From positions 10,113,979-10,177,978 of the forward strand of contig CAJINV010000003.1 in assembly GCA_905178155.1 (NCBI GenBank): 64,000 nucleotides of DNA, written 5' to 3'. Source of the stretch: Amoebophrya sp. A120 (lineage: Eukaryota; Protista; Dinoflagellata). A program made the position numbers and the translations under genes. Below, in pieces: positions 52,401-62,031 of the stretch. How positions within the stretch are numbered: the first letter of the stretch is position 1; the number at the start of each line of letters is the position of its first letter. The notes under the pieces are model-generated. The model made no database searches. It was not told where the DNA came from and saw nothing but the letters and a program-made list of their open reading frames with translations.

Positions 52401-55400
52401 AATACCAATTAACCACTGCTGGCATTGGTCGCGACATGTGCGTGAGGTTAGCTGTCACAGCTTTGGGTGATTGGGCGACGCCAGACCAGCGAGCAAACAG
52501 CAGTTGCGGCCACGGCACCAGCTTGCACCGACCTTGGGTCGCTGCGAGCACGCAGGCCGGCATCATCGGCCGACTGCGTTGTGCCGTGCGTCGCAGCTGC
52601 GGCGCGCTCTCTAATCCATGCATCGAGGCGGGTGGAGATTAACTCCCAACGCCCGCTCTCCCAATGCTCCACCGGGCGAGATTCATGCTAGGCCATGGCC
52701 AAGTTGCGCGGCATGTTCAGCCAGTGCATGCACTGGAGATCACGCCCGCAAACCAGGGTCATGCTGCCCGTTCTCTTCACCTCTCTATCTTTTCCCAGGG
52801 CTGGCTTTCAGATACCCGCCCATGCAAGTATCTAAGAGCCAGTCGCCTCGGGAAGATATACCCTGAGCTTCTGCTTCGCGCAGTGAGCACGCCCTCTGCG
52901 GAGGGGCGCTTGCGTGGAGCAGAAGCGCAAGGCAGCGACGCACTGGGCTCTTCACGCGGGGCCGGCATCGCAAAGGACCACGCAACACGTTTCCGTGGGG
53001 AAACATGCCGCGACGGGGACCTACGGACGCGACGCATGGCATTTTTCTGAGGTGCAGAGCGTCGCTGGGGACCGCGCGGCACGCTTCGGGCGAAGCGTGT
53101 CGCGACGGGGACCTACGGAGAGACACGCCACGAAGCTCTTAGCTTCGCCGTCGCGTCGGCAGGGACCATATAACACGCTTCGCTTGAAGCATGCCCCGAT
53201 GGGGGCCCAAGAGGTAGCGCCAGCTCCTGTGGAGGTGGTGCCTGGGTCACGCAGCAGGCTTCGTGGAAGCGTGGCGCGACGGGGGACCCCAGAGCGGACA
53301 CCCAACCCTTGCAGGGTTGGTGTCGACAGGGACCGCGCAGCACGCTTCGTAAGAAGCGCGCCCCGAGGGGAACCTGTGGAGACCAACACACCACACCAAG
53401 CCGTGGTGGAGTTGATGTCGACGGGGACCACGAGCACGCTTCTCAAAAGCGCGTCGCGATGGGGACTTACGGAGACACGCGACGCCAAACTTGTAGCAAG
53501 CTTGCAACACGCGTCGGCGGGGACCACGTGGCACGCTTCGCTTGAAGCGTGCCGTGATGGGGACCTACGACCTCCTCTGGAGGTGGCGGGCGCGAGGGCC
53601 ATTCGGCGTGCTTCTGCTTCGTAGAAGCCCGCCGCGATGGAGACTGCTCGAGCCGACACCAGCCAAGCCTTGCGAAGTTGGTGCCGGGGGGGACCACACA
53701 GCACGCTTCGCAAGAAGCGCGCCGCGATGGAGACCTGCGGAGACGACACCAAATTCCCGCGGAGCTGGTGTCGACGGGGACCACACAGGACGCTTCGCCT
53801 GAAGCGTCCCTTGGTGGGGACCTACGAGGCAGCATCAAGCGCCTCTGGAGGTGGTGCAGCAGGGGCACAGACACAGCATGCTTCGAAGAAGCACGCCATG
53901 ATGTCAACCTGCGGAGCTGACACCAAGCCCCTGTGGAGGTGGTGGCGACGGGGACCACGCCGCACGCTTCGTTCGAAGCGTGTCGGGCGAGCGACGTGCG
54001 AGACGACACCAAGGAGCCCCCAGCACGGAGCTGGTGTCGACGGGGACCACGCAGCGCGCCTAACACGAGGCGCGCCGTGATCATCAATGGGGACCAACAC
54101 AACGCGCCTCCTTCGACGCGTGCCGTCACGGAGACGTGAGCATAGACACGGCGCCGGAGGCCTCTCATCTGGAGTTGGCGTGAGTGCCACGCAGCGTGCC
54201 TCGTAGAAGCCCGCCGCGATGGCGACCGACGGAGCCGACACCAACCAAGCCCTGCGGAGTTGGTACCGGAGGGGACCACGCAGCATGCTTCGCAAGAAGC
54301 GCGCCGCGATGGAGGCCTGCCGAGACGACACCAAAGAGCTCCAGTGGAGCTGGTGTCGACGGGGACCAAGCAACACGCTTCTTCTGAAGCGTGCCATGGT
54401 GGGGACCTACGAGGCAGCACGAAGCGCCTCTGCAGGTGGTGCCGGAGGGCCACGCAGCATGCTTCGAAGAAGCGCGCCACCATGTAGACCTGCGGAGCCG
54501 ACACCCAGCCCCTGTGGAGTTGGTGGCAACGGAGACCACGCCGCACGCTTCGTTCGAAGCGTGCCGGGCGAGGGACCTGCGGAGACGACGCCAGGGAGTT
54601 CCTAGTGCGGAGCTGGTGCCGGCGGGGACCACGCAGCGCATCTAGCCCGATGCATGCCGTGATAGGGCCCGGCGCAGCGCGCTTCTTTCGAAGCGTGCCG
54701 TCACGGAGACGCGAGCACACTGCGCCAGGCCTCTGTCCGAGGCACTGCCATGTCGTGCAGATCTGCGCACAGCAGCAGCACTACCTTGGCGTGCGTGTCG
54801 CGCGTCCACACTTGCTGGTCGCGCAGGTGGGACTCATTGATTTGTTGAGCGCGGCTTGCGGCCCCACCCCAATTGGGCGCGGGTCGCGTGGCGGAGTGCG
54901 GTAACGCGCGTCATCATTGGAGTGCACCTGCTTGCCAGCACATCCAACAAAGACTTCCCGGGCGTGCAGCTCGGCTACCGCCGCAGCACAGCCCGGGAAA
55001 GCGTTTCCGAAACTCTCTCGCGCGCCTTCAGTCACTGGAGTGCACCTGCGTGCCAGCACCTCCAGATCCGACCCCCCGGGCGTGCACCTCGGCTTTCGCC
55101 GCAGCACCACCCGGGAGTGCGTGACAGAGCATGGCCGGCGCGTCTTCACTGGAGTGCACCTGCGTGCCAGCACCTCCAGCTTAGACCTCCGGGGCGTGCA
55201 CCTCAGCTCTCGCTGCAGCACCACCCCGGAGTGCGTCGCATACATCTGCCGCCTCGCGCGCCTTCACTGGAGTGCACCTGCTTGCCAGCACCTCCAGATC
55301 CGACCTCCCGGGCGTGCACCTCGGCTTTCGCCGCAGCACCGCTCGGGAGTGCGTGGCAGAGTGCGATCTGCGCGCCTTCGCTGGAGTGCACCTGCGTGCC

Positions 55401-58374
55401 AGCACCTCCAACTTAGACCTCTAGGGCGTGCACCTCAGCTTTCGCTGCAGCACCACCCCGGAGTGCGTCCCGCACATCTGCCATGGCTACTCTCCTTCTT
55501 CTTTTTTTTTTTTTTGGTGATAAACGGCGCAGGGCCGCCGCGGGTGTGTACTTATTCCAAAGCCAGACCGTGCAACACCACACGCAGAGGGGAAACGACA
55601 ACACGCGCCCGGCGCGCGCCGTTGCCCCTACAGCGGTGTCGCTCCCGTTAGCTGGCAGCGCTTAACCTCATTTCGCTATTGATAGATATGCTGGACGCGA
55701 AATACCAAATAAAGTCCAGCCCAGGGGATCCTTGGCCTGTGGCGCTGGGTGCGGGTGTCCACTACATGACGACGATGATGATGATGATGCAGGCTCGCGG
55801 GTTTTGCCTTTGTGAAAGATCGCACGACCAAGCGTGGCAGGATGCCGCCGGGCTTGCCAGTTTACGAAGTCCGGGCGCCGTCGGATCTGACGGCGACAAT
55901 CTGCATAGAGACCAACACGGGGAAGGTTTTCGCGCAATTCAGAGCGAAGCTGGAGCATCTGAAGGCGGAAGCCAGTCGGCAAGAGCGGAGGTCCGTCGCT
56001 TACGTGAACAGCGCGCGGGGCGCGTCTTCAATTTGTTGCGCAGCACAGTCATGGGGTTCAGAAACGAGCGGCGATGAGTCTGCAGCAGGCCTGCCCAGAC
56101 AGGTGGCGATGAGTCTGCAGCAGGCGTGCACAGTGTTCGGCGGAGCAAGTGCCAGCTGATCTGCAACACAAGCAAAACGGTGGGCACGTAAGAGAGCTAC
56201 CCGAAGCGCGGGGCTTCACTTACGAAGGGGATTGCCGGGCACCGTTATTGGTGAGCTCCGTCGCGTCTCCGGCTTATGGCTCCCGCCCCCCGCTCGCCCT
56301 TTGCTTCTGCTGCAGAACATGTCAAGGTGACGCCCTATGACTGCCACACACAACCTAAGCCCTTGCGCTGTCGTTGTGCCCCAGGAGGGTCGCCGGTCAG
56401 CCGTGACGCGGGCGCAGCTTGTAAGTATATGGTTGGACAACTCCGGCCCGTGCACTTGACTTTTTCGCCCGTGCCGCAGGTAAGGCGCAAACGGTCCAGC
56501 GTCCCCTGTCCGGGCGGGGTTGCGGCTTAAGGGAGAGGCTCGCCCCTTACCGCGAAGGGGTGTGGGGTGTCTTCCGTGAAAGCAAAAACGTTTGGCGTAA
56601 AATGGGTCGGGTCCTGGATCGATCACTCTGTATGTTAGGCTGTCGCGCTCGGCTAGCAGGCTGGCCGATCTGTACTGATCAGGTGTGGTGGGTAGTTCCC
56701 GACTGGTTGGCTCTTTTATTGGGGCGGCTTGACGGGGTAGCGCTTGGCTTTTGTATGGTGAGGTCGCCGAAAGTCAAAGCGCTTCCTCGCCCACCCCCCG
56801 GGGAGGAGATCCTTGGTCTGTGGCGCTGGCGCTGGGTGCGGGTGTCTATTGCATGATGATGATGAAGATGATCATGATGATGATGATGCAGAAAGTGGAT
56901 GGGGATGGTTTTTTTTTTGTGGATAGTCCGCAGCGCAGCACTATTTCCGACCTCAGCCGGGCCCTCTGTCTCCGCCGACCCGGCGGCAAAGCTGGAACTG
57001 CTCATCGGTGACACTGCGAAACAAGTGGACAAAAAATTGAAGAAGCTATATATGGCCGTCAACTCAGGTGTTACATTCGCAACTCATGCATTCTACTTAG
57101 CTGTTTGGCCTTGGGCGCCTCATCTTCACTGGATGCGCTAAGATAAAGAAAGGGACTGGACTGGCCGCGCTGGCCCGACTGCGCGTATACAAAAAACTGC
57201 CCTGACCTCAATACGACCAGTTACGCGGCTATGATTGGTAGCGCGTCTTCAGCTTGACAAATTTGCAAGTGTCGGCAAGACGAATGTAATAGCTGACGAG
57301 GCCATATTTTACTGTTGCGAGGGAGACGTGGAGAAGAACCCAGTGTTGGAATACTTGGAACAGATGGAGCGCTATCACAGCGGAAAGAGCTCCCACCCCG
57401 AGCCCGACCCCTTAAGAAAAAGGAAAGTTTGCGTAGTGTGATCTGTGCACACAATTGTTTGCTTCATCTGTTATGTCACAAGAGTCGAAAAACGGCGGCT
57501 CTTCTTGCGCAGCAGCGAAGCACTTTGCCTGCTCAGTATGACAGCGGAAGAAGGCACGACACTGCCACGGGCTACTAGCGCTGCGGCCCAGACTACACAG
57601 CACGGGAAATTGTGCGCAATAACAAAGCCGCGAAGTCGCAGCCTCGTTGCCATTTAGAATGCTAGACAAATCTTGTTGCAGCCAATGAATTTCTTTGTAT
57701 TCTGGCTCGCCAGATAGTTATAAGACTATCGAAGAAGCTTGTACTCGCCTTGTATTCTACACAAACTATCCTTCCTCGTGAGTTCGGGGAGGTTGCGTTT
57801 TTTCCCGTGATATATGGTGGGGGATCATCAAACAGGATTTATCATCGTCATCCCGTAGTGCGTTTTTCCATGTTGATATCACACGAAAGTGCTCTCTGAC
57901 TGTGTTTATTTTATTGCAAGAGCTGCATGACAAAGACAAGCTCAAATTCGGGAGACACGCCAAGAAACCAACGGCAACCCGTGCTCCATGAGGCAAAGCA
58001 CGTCTGTCAATGCTGTTTCTGGCATTCTTAGGAAGAGGAACCGAAAAAGCTGCGTTTTGTATGTCTTCCATTTTCTGCATTGCAAGTTCATCACAGTGAG
58101 TAGATAATGGCTTTGTGTGATAGTGGAGCGTAGCGGGCCAGAAGAGGTCGAGAAATTTGGCCCCGAGCAGAAGTTTCAGTCCTTCGCCTGCGTGCGGCGA
58201 AGTTTCGCGCAGAAAATGCTGCACCCAAGGGACCTGAAGGTCACGGCACACAGAATGATTCTTGCCGCCGTCAATGGCGTCCTTGCTCCCGAAGAAGAAT
58301 TTCCCGAAGTTGCTGCTCTCGAAACGTTCGCACAAACTGCTTTCGGAAAAAAAAAAATTTTAAAGAGCAAGTAG
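43402..58374 (+). CDS. TyrRS: Tyrosyl-tRNA synthetase, eukaryotic/archaeal type, double-length (pseudo-dimer)
   Basis: 12 exons: 43402-43538, 45540-45640, 45888-45958, 46249-46449, 47103-48072, 48850-49040, 49766-49945, 51621-51889, 56931-57050, 57312-57372, ~57818-57876, 58128-58374. Motifs SVGEEC, YDGFEPSGRMHIAQG, ADWF, YPIMQCTDIFFL, QLGVDQRKVNMLAREYC and KMSKS. Degenerate second half with DWSSFVLN, NYWISVI, NPVLEY and LHPRDLK. Confidence 0.93.
45641..45887 (+). mobile_element. Introner-type non-canonical intron, family A, inverted orientation
   Basis: CGGCT|TATGGATTGCAGATATGTCTGAGTC...GACTCAGACATACTTGCATTTGATA|CCTCT; splits the conserved YDGF-EPSG; no GT-AG register exists. Confidence 0.95.
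48073..48849 (+). mobile_element. Introner-type non-canonical intron, family B (TATCACA)
   Basis: AAACG|TATCACAGGGAAAAGAGTCAG...CTGACTTCTATTTCCGGTGTGATA|AAACG; removal is in frame. Confidence 0.88.
49041..49765 (+). mobile_element. Introner-type non-canonical intron
   Basis: AGTAC|TACCATGCAGAAAGGCACACCC...GGGTGTGCTTTTCTCTTGGATA|AATAC; removal gives FVLNKY-QGDF. Confidence 0.85.
49981..51428 (-). mobile_element. GC-rich non-autonomous Helitron-like element in TyrRS intron 7
   Basis: The minus strand reads A|TC...CTAG|T with no TSD; about 1 kb of C-rich repeat core; homologous to 29280-30234; the 5' terminal ~30 bp recurs at 27055-27086. Confidence 0.7.
52960..54720. repeat. Complex satellite of about 80-90 bp units containing hairpins
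   Basis: Recurrent GGGACCACGCAGCACGCTTCG-NN-GAAGCG(T/C)GCCGCGATGG and CGACACC...GGTGTCG. Confidence 0.85.
54914..55480. repeat. Tandem repeat of about 117 bp x5 with alternating variants
   Basis: CTGGAGTGCACCTGC(G/T)TGCCAGCAC-like starts at ~54915, 55035, 55149, 55267 and 55381; GATCCGACC and CTTAGACC variants alternate. Confidence 0.9.
57051..57311 (+). mobile_element. Introner-type non-canonical intron
   Basis: CTATA|TATGGCCGTCAACT...AGCTGACGAGGCCATA|TTTTA; removal gives KKLY-CCEGDVEKNPVL. Confidence 0.85.
57373..57817 (+). mobile_element. Introner-type intron, family B; direct repeat not recognisable
   Basis: TATCACAGCGGAAAGAGCTCCCACCCCGA pairs with TCGGGGAGGTTGCGTTTTTTCCCGTGATA; the exact 3' border is uncertain by 3-6 nt. 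Confidence 0.65.
57877..58127 (+). mobile_element. Introner-type non-canonical intron, family B
   Basis: GTTGA|TATCACACGAAAG...CTTTGTGTGATA|GTGGA; removal gives FFHVE-RSGPEE, leading to LHPRDLK. Confidence 0.85.
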
Positions 58375-60624
58375 AACAACAAGTAAGAAGTGTCGTTGGT
58401 GTGAAGACGCTCTGAATTCTGGTGTTGGTGATCGTTGCTCTTTTCACTTTAGCCGATGAAGACTCTTGTCGAGTGTTTATGTTTGGGCGCCAGCACGTTG
58501 AGGATCAACCGCCGAGATGGAGCTGAATCGGGCAACAATAGCAGCGACGACATGTAGTTTCAGGGACACCTAAGATGATGCTGACGATAGCTGTAGAAGA
58601 AGACCGAGAATGATGCTGCGCGCTTCTTTTAGAATGTGAACGTATCGTGAAAGAACATGTTGGCAGGCCCCTTTCGTATCCCTTTGCACAGTACCCCGTG
58701 CAGGCTAGATGACGATCATCATGATCATGACCATGGCGACTATCTTTAACAAACTAAGAGCTACAGTCAAACTGAAACTCACGCGCCGCATTTTGAAAAC
58801 CAGTTCGCAAAAGTTAGGACATCGACATGATTAATACTCAAGCTCGTTATCCATATCCATGTCGCTTTGCTAGCCTGTGAGCAAAGACAACTGTTCTCAC
58901 GTTGTTCGGACTTCGACGATCGAAATCTTGATGAAGGCCTTCTGCTTGGCGAAACGCAACTTCTTTCATTGTCCAGCAGGTTCGTCATACGCTTGGAAGA
59001 TCACTATCGTGATCCGCAGAGGTCTCACCTTTTCATGAAACAAGGGGAGGCAGCAGTGGACCCCAAAAGTCAGCTGATCGGCATCGGACTTGTTGTAGCA
59101 CACAGTCGTCATTATTTATATTTCCAAACACAGTAGAGCAGCCGGAAAATTTCGAATTCCGTTGAGCACGGGTGGAGGTAACGTGATCCAAAATGGGCCC
59201 GACTTCTTCCCTCTCGTTATCTTGCCCAGGATCGTCTCAAAATCGGTGTCTCGGCCCCGGTCTTTTCCGTCGTCTTTCCATTTTCCGCGAACTTCGGCCC
59301 CGCTGTGGGCCTTTGCTATTTTTCAAACTAGCCGGAATATATATTATATCTCGGGTAGCCCCACACTCTGGCAGCTCCTTTCGTATTTTGTTGGTCATGC
59401 GGTCAGAATCCTCCCCCAGCCATGTCCGAAGCTTCTCAAGATGATCTGAGGCGCCTGCTCCCAATGAAGTGATAGACCGTAATGGCCTGAACTAGCTAGA
59501 TCCTAAAGGAGCCGCGTCGCTATGTTCACCCGAATCCCCCAAATATTACGAAGGCAAAGCCATCACGATCGGAGTGAAATGAGAGGACTCCGCTCGGTCT
59601 AGACGTTCAGAATGACCACCCTGAGGGGGCTGACTCTGACCAGGGTCGAGCAGTAAACCCAGAGCGTTGAGGGAGGTGCTTCCATGCTGTTTAGCCACTT
59701 GACTCTGAGCCCGAAAGACTCGCGCCAAGCTGATGAATCTGAATGAAATGAGCCTACAGGATGCAGCGCAGCCAGAGGCTTGCGCCCTGTCTGCTGAAAG
59801 ATTGAAGCGCTGGAAGTGATTGAGAGACCTGCTTAGGTAGAAGCTTCAGCCACTCAGCGCGGCGGGTGTGTTCAAAGTCCAACACGTTTTGCCTTGTGCC
59901 TCCGTGGTTCGAGTTCTTTCGTGGAGTTCTCCAACTTCATCACGCCGAAAAAATGCCAAGGCTTTTTTGCACCGAAGCACGCTGACACCGAGAATGAGCA
60001 TTAAGATTAATCTGCAGCGTTTTTTGGTTTTGTCTTTGTCTTTTTCTTTGTGAGCCTGCAGCTCACGCTCAAAAGTCCACCACTGCAAAGGCCTCTGCTC
60101 TCTTTCCAAAATTCTAGCCTAGTAGCAGAAAAGGTCATGCCGGCTCAGGAGGTCGATGCACTATATTGCCTGGTCTATCAACTTACATGCTTTTACGCAG
60201 CCTGCCGGTAAAACTATCTCCCCCGGGAGCAAAGCCGGGCAAACAAGGCTCCAGAGCGCCCAGCCAGCGGGATAGCTCCGTCTCTGGACATAATCAGGGT
60301 GCTCCCAAGGCCGTGACCCCCCTGATTAGCAACCTTCAGATATGTTGAAACTGAGAGCGCGCGAAGGTCTGCACAGGAATACAAGTCCGGGAGCCATTTC
60401 TACTGGACTAGGTGGCCCCCCACTCCCGCGTCCCTGTCGATTGTTGTCGGTTTTTTTCTGTTATCTTAGTGTCCGCTGGTTGTTTTGTGTGCCATTCCGG
60501 CTCGTCGCTTGCGTCCTAATATCCCAATTGGCACCCGCCCTGCCAATACTTTTGTATAGGGAACCCCTTGGACGAAAGAAAAAGCCCCGAAGTTGCCGAA
60601 GGAAAGTTTCTTTATGGTTGACGC

Positions 60625-60817
60625 GCCTGGCAAACTAATCACTGACCATCCCCAGGCTTGAGCTCTGTTGTCGTTGTGTTGTTTCTTCATGAATGAAGTG
60701 GAGCCGCCTGGCAAATTAAACATTGACCATTTCCAGGCTCGTGTTTCTTTGTTGGTTGTCGTCAGGTTTCTTGAAGAAGGAAGCGCCTGGCAAACTACTC
60801 ACTGACCATTCCCAGGC
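60625..60817. repeat. Three 33-nt hairpin-ended repeats with a period of about 80 bp
   Basis: GCCTGGCAAA(C/T)TA...TGACCAT..CCAGGC at 60625, 60706 and 60785. Confidence 0.85.
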
Positions 60818-61314
60818 CCGAAGGTTCTTCTTGGTTCATGGTTATCCCTGGAGAAACGGTTAGGCTCCTCGAGGGATCGTCGGCGGCTGCGGCCAATAAT
60901 TCTGCCTCAAGGGAGGGGTCGCTACCTTAGCCACGGCGTGTGCGGCCCTTTAAGGGATGGATCTCCAAATCCAAATGAACTGTCGGCACGTTGTTTCTGG
61001 CTTTGTGTCCTCCGGAAACTGCTACGGTCTCTAAACCCACCATGGTACATTTTTAAACATCGCGATGAGCAACGAAGGGAGCCCCAGAATGAAAAGGCTC
61101 TTGCTGCAAAAGTGAAAGTGAAAAGTGAAAGTGAAAGGCAAAGCTATCTCTTTAGCATAATCATAAGGCGATCTACATCTGCTTAGTGTACTAATATCGG
61201 TCGCTGTGTTGCCAAAGTCATACTTTATCGATTTTTTCTTGGTTTCCTGAGCACTTGGCTCTTGAGTCGTGTCCTTTCGGCGTGGTAGCATATAAGTTGC
61301 ACCTTGTTTCAAAA

Positions 61315-62031
61315 ATGTTCTACCGGTCACTTGCAGACAAGATGCGGCCCTCGGTCCAGCAACAGCGTGCGAAGGCACGGGAGGCGCGCAGCGACTTTAT
61401 GAAGCATGTGCAATTTAGCGACGCGTATCTGTTTTTGCTTATTGTGTGTGGGAGCATGTTCGCCAGGTGGTTGGACATGAAAACGCGCCGGGAGGTGTAT
61501 GTAGCTGTGGCAGTGTACGTTGTTCTGTTTTGCTTCTATGTCGTGCTTATCGAGTGCAAATGTTCTTGGGTCGGGATAAGATTAGGAGGTGCGTATGTGT
61601 CATGCAGCTAGTCACTCCACGTCCACGAGGATGAGAAATGCAAATAATAACGAAAGCGAACTACTTCAGGACTTACCCCTACTGCTTTCAGGAGGTCTTC
61701 CTCTTGCGGGGTCGGTCCCCCTCCTTTTTGTTCTTGGTCGACTCCTTTTTCCGTATTAGTATGACACTAAGTCCTCCTTCTAAGCGTCAAGAGCATGGCA
61801 AGGAAGTCGCGTTTTTGCATGACGAACTATGCGCCGGCCATTGGTCGCTTCGCGTATTTTCGTCTCATTCAAAATGCGCACTACGGTTTCTTTGCACTCA
61901 TGCAGACCCAAATAGAATTGCAGCGCATAGCTCTGAAGAAGTGGGAGCAGGAGAAAAGCCCGCCCTTGGATGACGAACTCGAAAAGAATATCCTGTGTCC
62001 AGAAACATACCCAGCCCATAGTCATCGATGA
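61315..62031 (+). CDS. Small two-exon hypothetical single-pass membrane protein
   Basis: Exons 61315-61494 and 61906-62031 join by phase-0 GT-AG (KTRRE-TQIELQRIALKKW); hydrophobic stretch YLFLLIVCGSMF. Confidence 0.45.

Larger units (their letters stand above)
51940..55708 (-). mobile_element. Non-coding split-direct-repeat element (A1-core-B1-A2-B2; TOC1/PAT/Ngaro-like)
   Basis: A 117-bp repeat (55592-55708 = 52292-52408) and a 220-bp repeat (52409-52628 = 51940-52159); both look identical by eye; B1 and A2 abut. Confidence 0.7.
51890..56930 (+). mobile_element. 5-kb introner-type intron with nested insertions
   Basis: GTCCG|TATCCACAAAAAAAGACACATCCTCATCCA...TGGATGGGGATGGTTTTTTTTTTGTGGATA|GTCCG; removal gives VDVVR-SAALFP. 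Confidence 0.88.

Noticed and set aside
57373-58131. A single intron with a 9-nt direct repeat, or TyrRS ending at 57441
   Set aside because: Longer TIR matches resolve it into two elements around a small in-frame exon, and the C-terminal LHPRDLK exon lies downstream.
58780-60110. Minus-strand coding-like fragments, possibly a decayed retroelement
   Set aside because: No recognisable RT, integrase or gag motif, and the frames are interrupted.
60625-60817. CRISPR array
   Set aside because: Eukaryotic context, degenerate repeats, mutually similar spacers and no cas genes.
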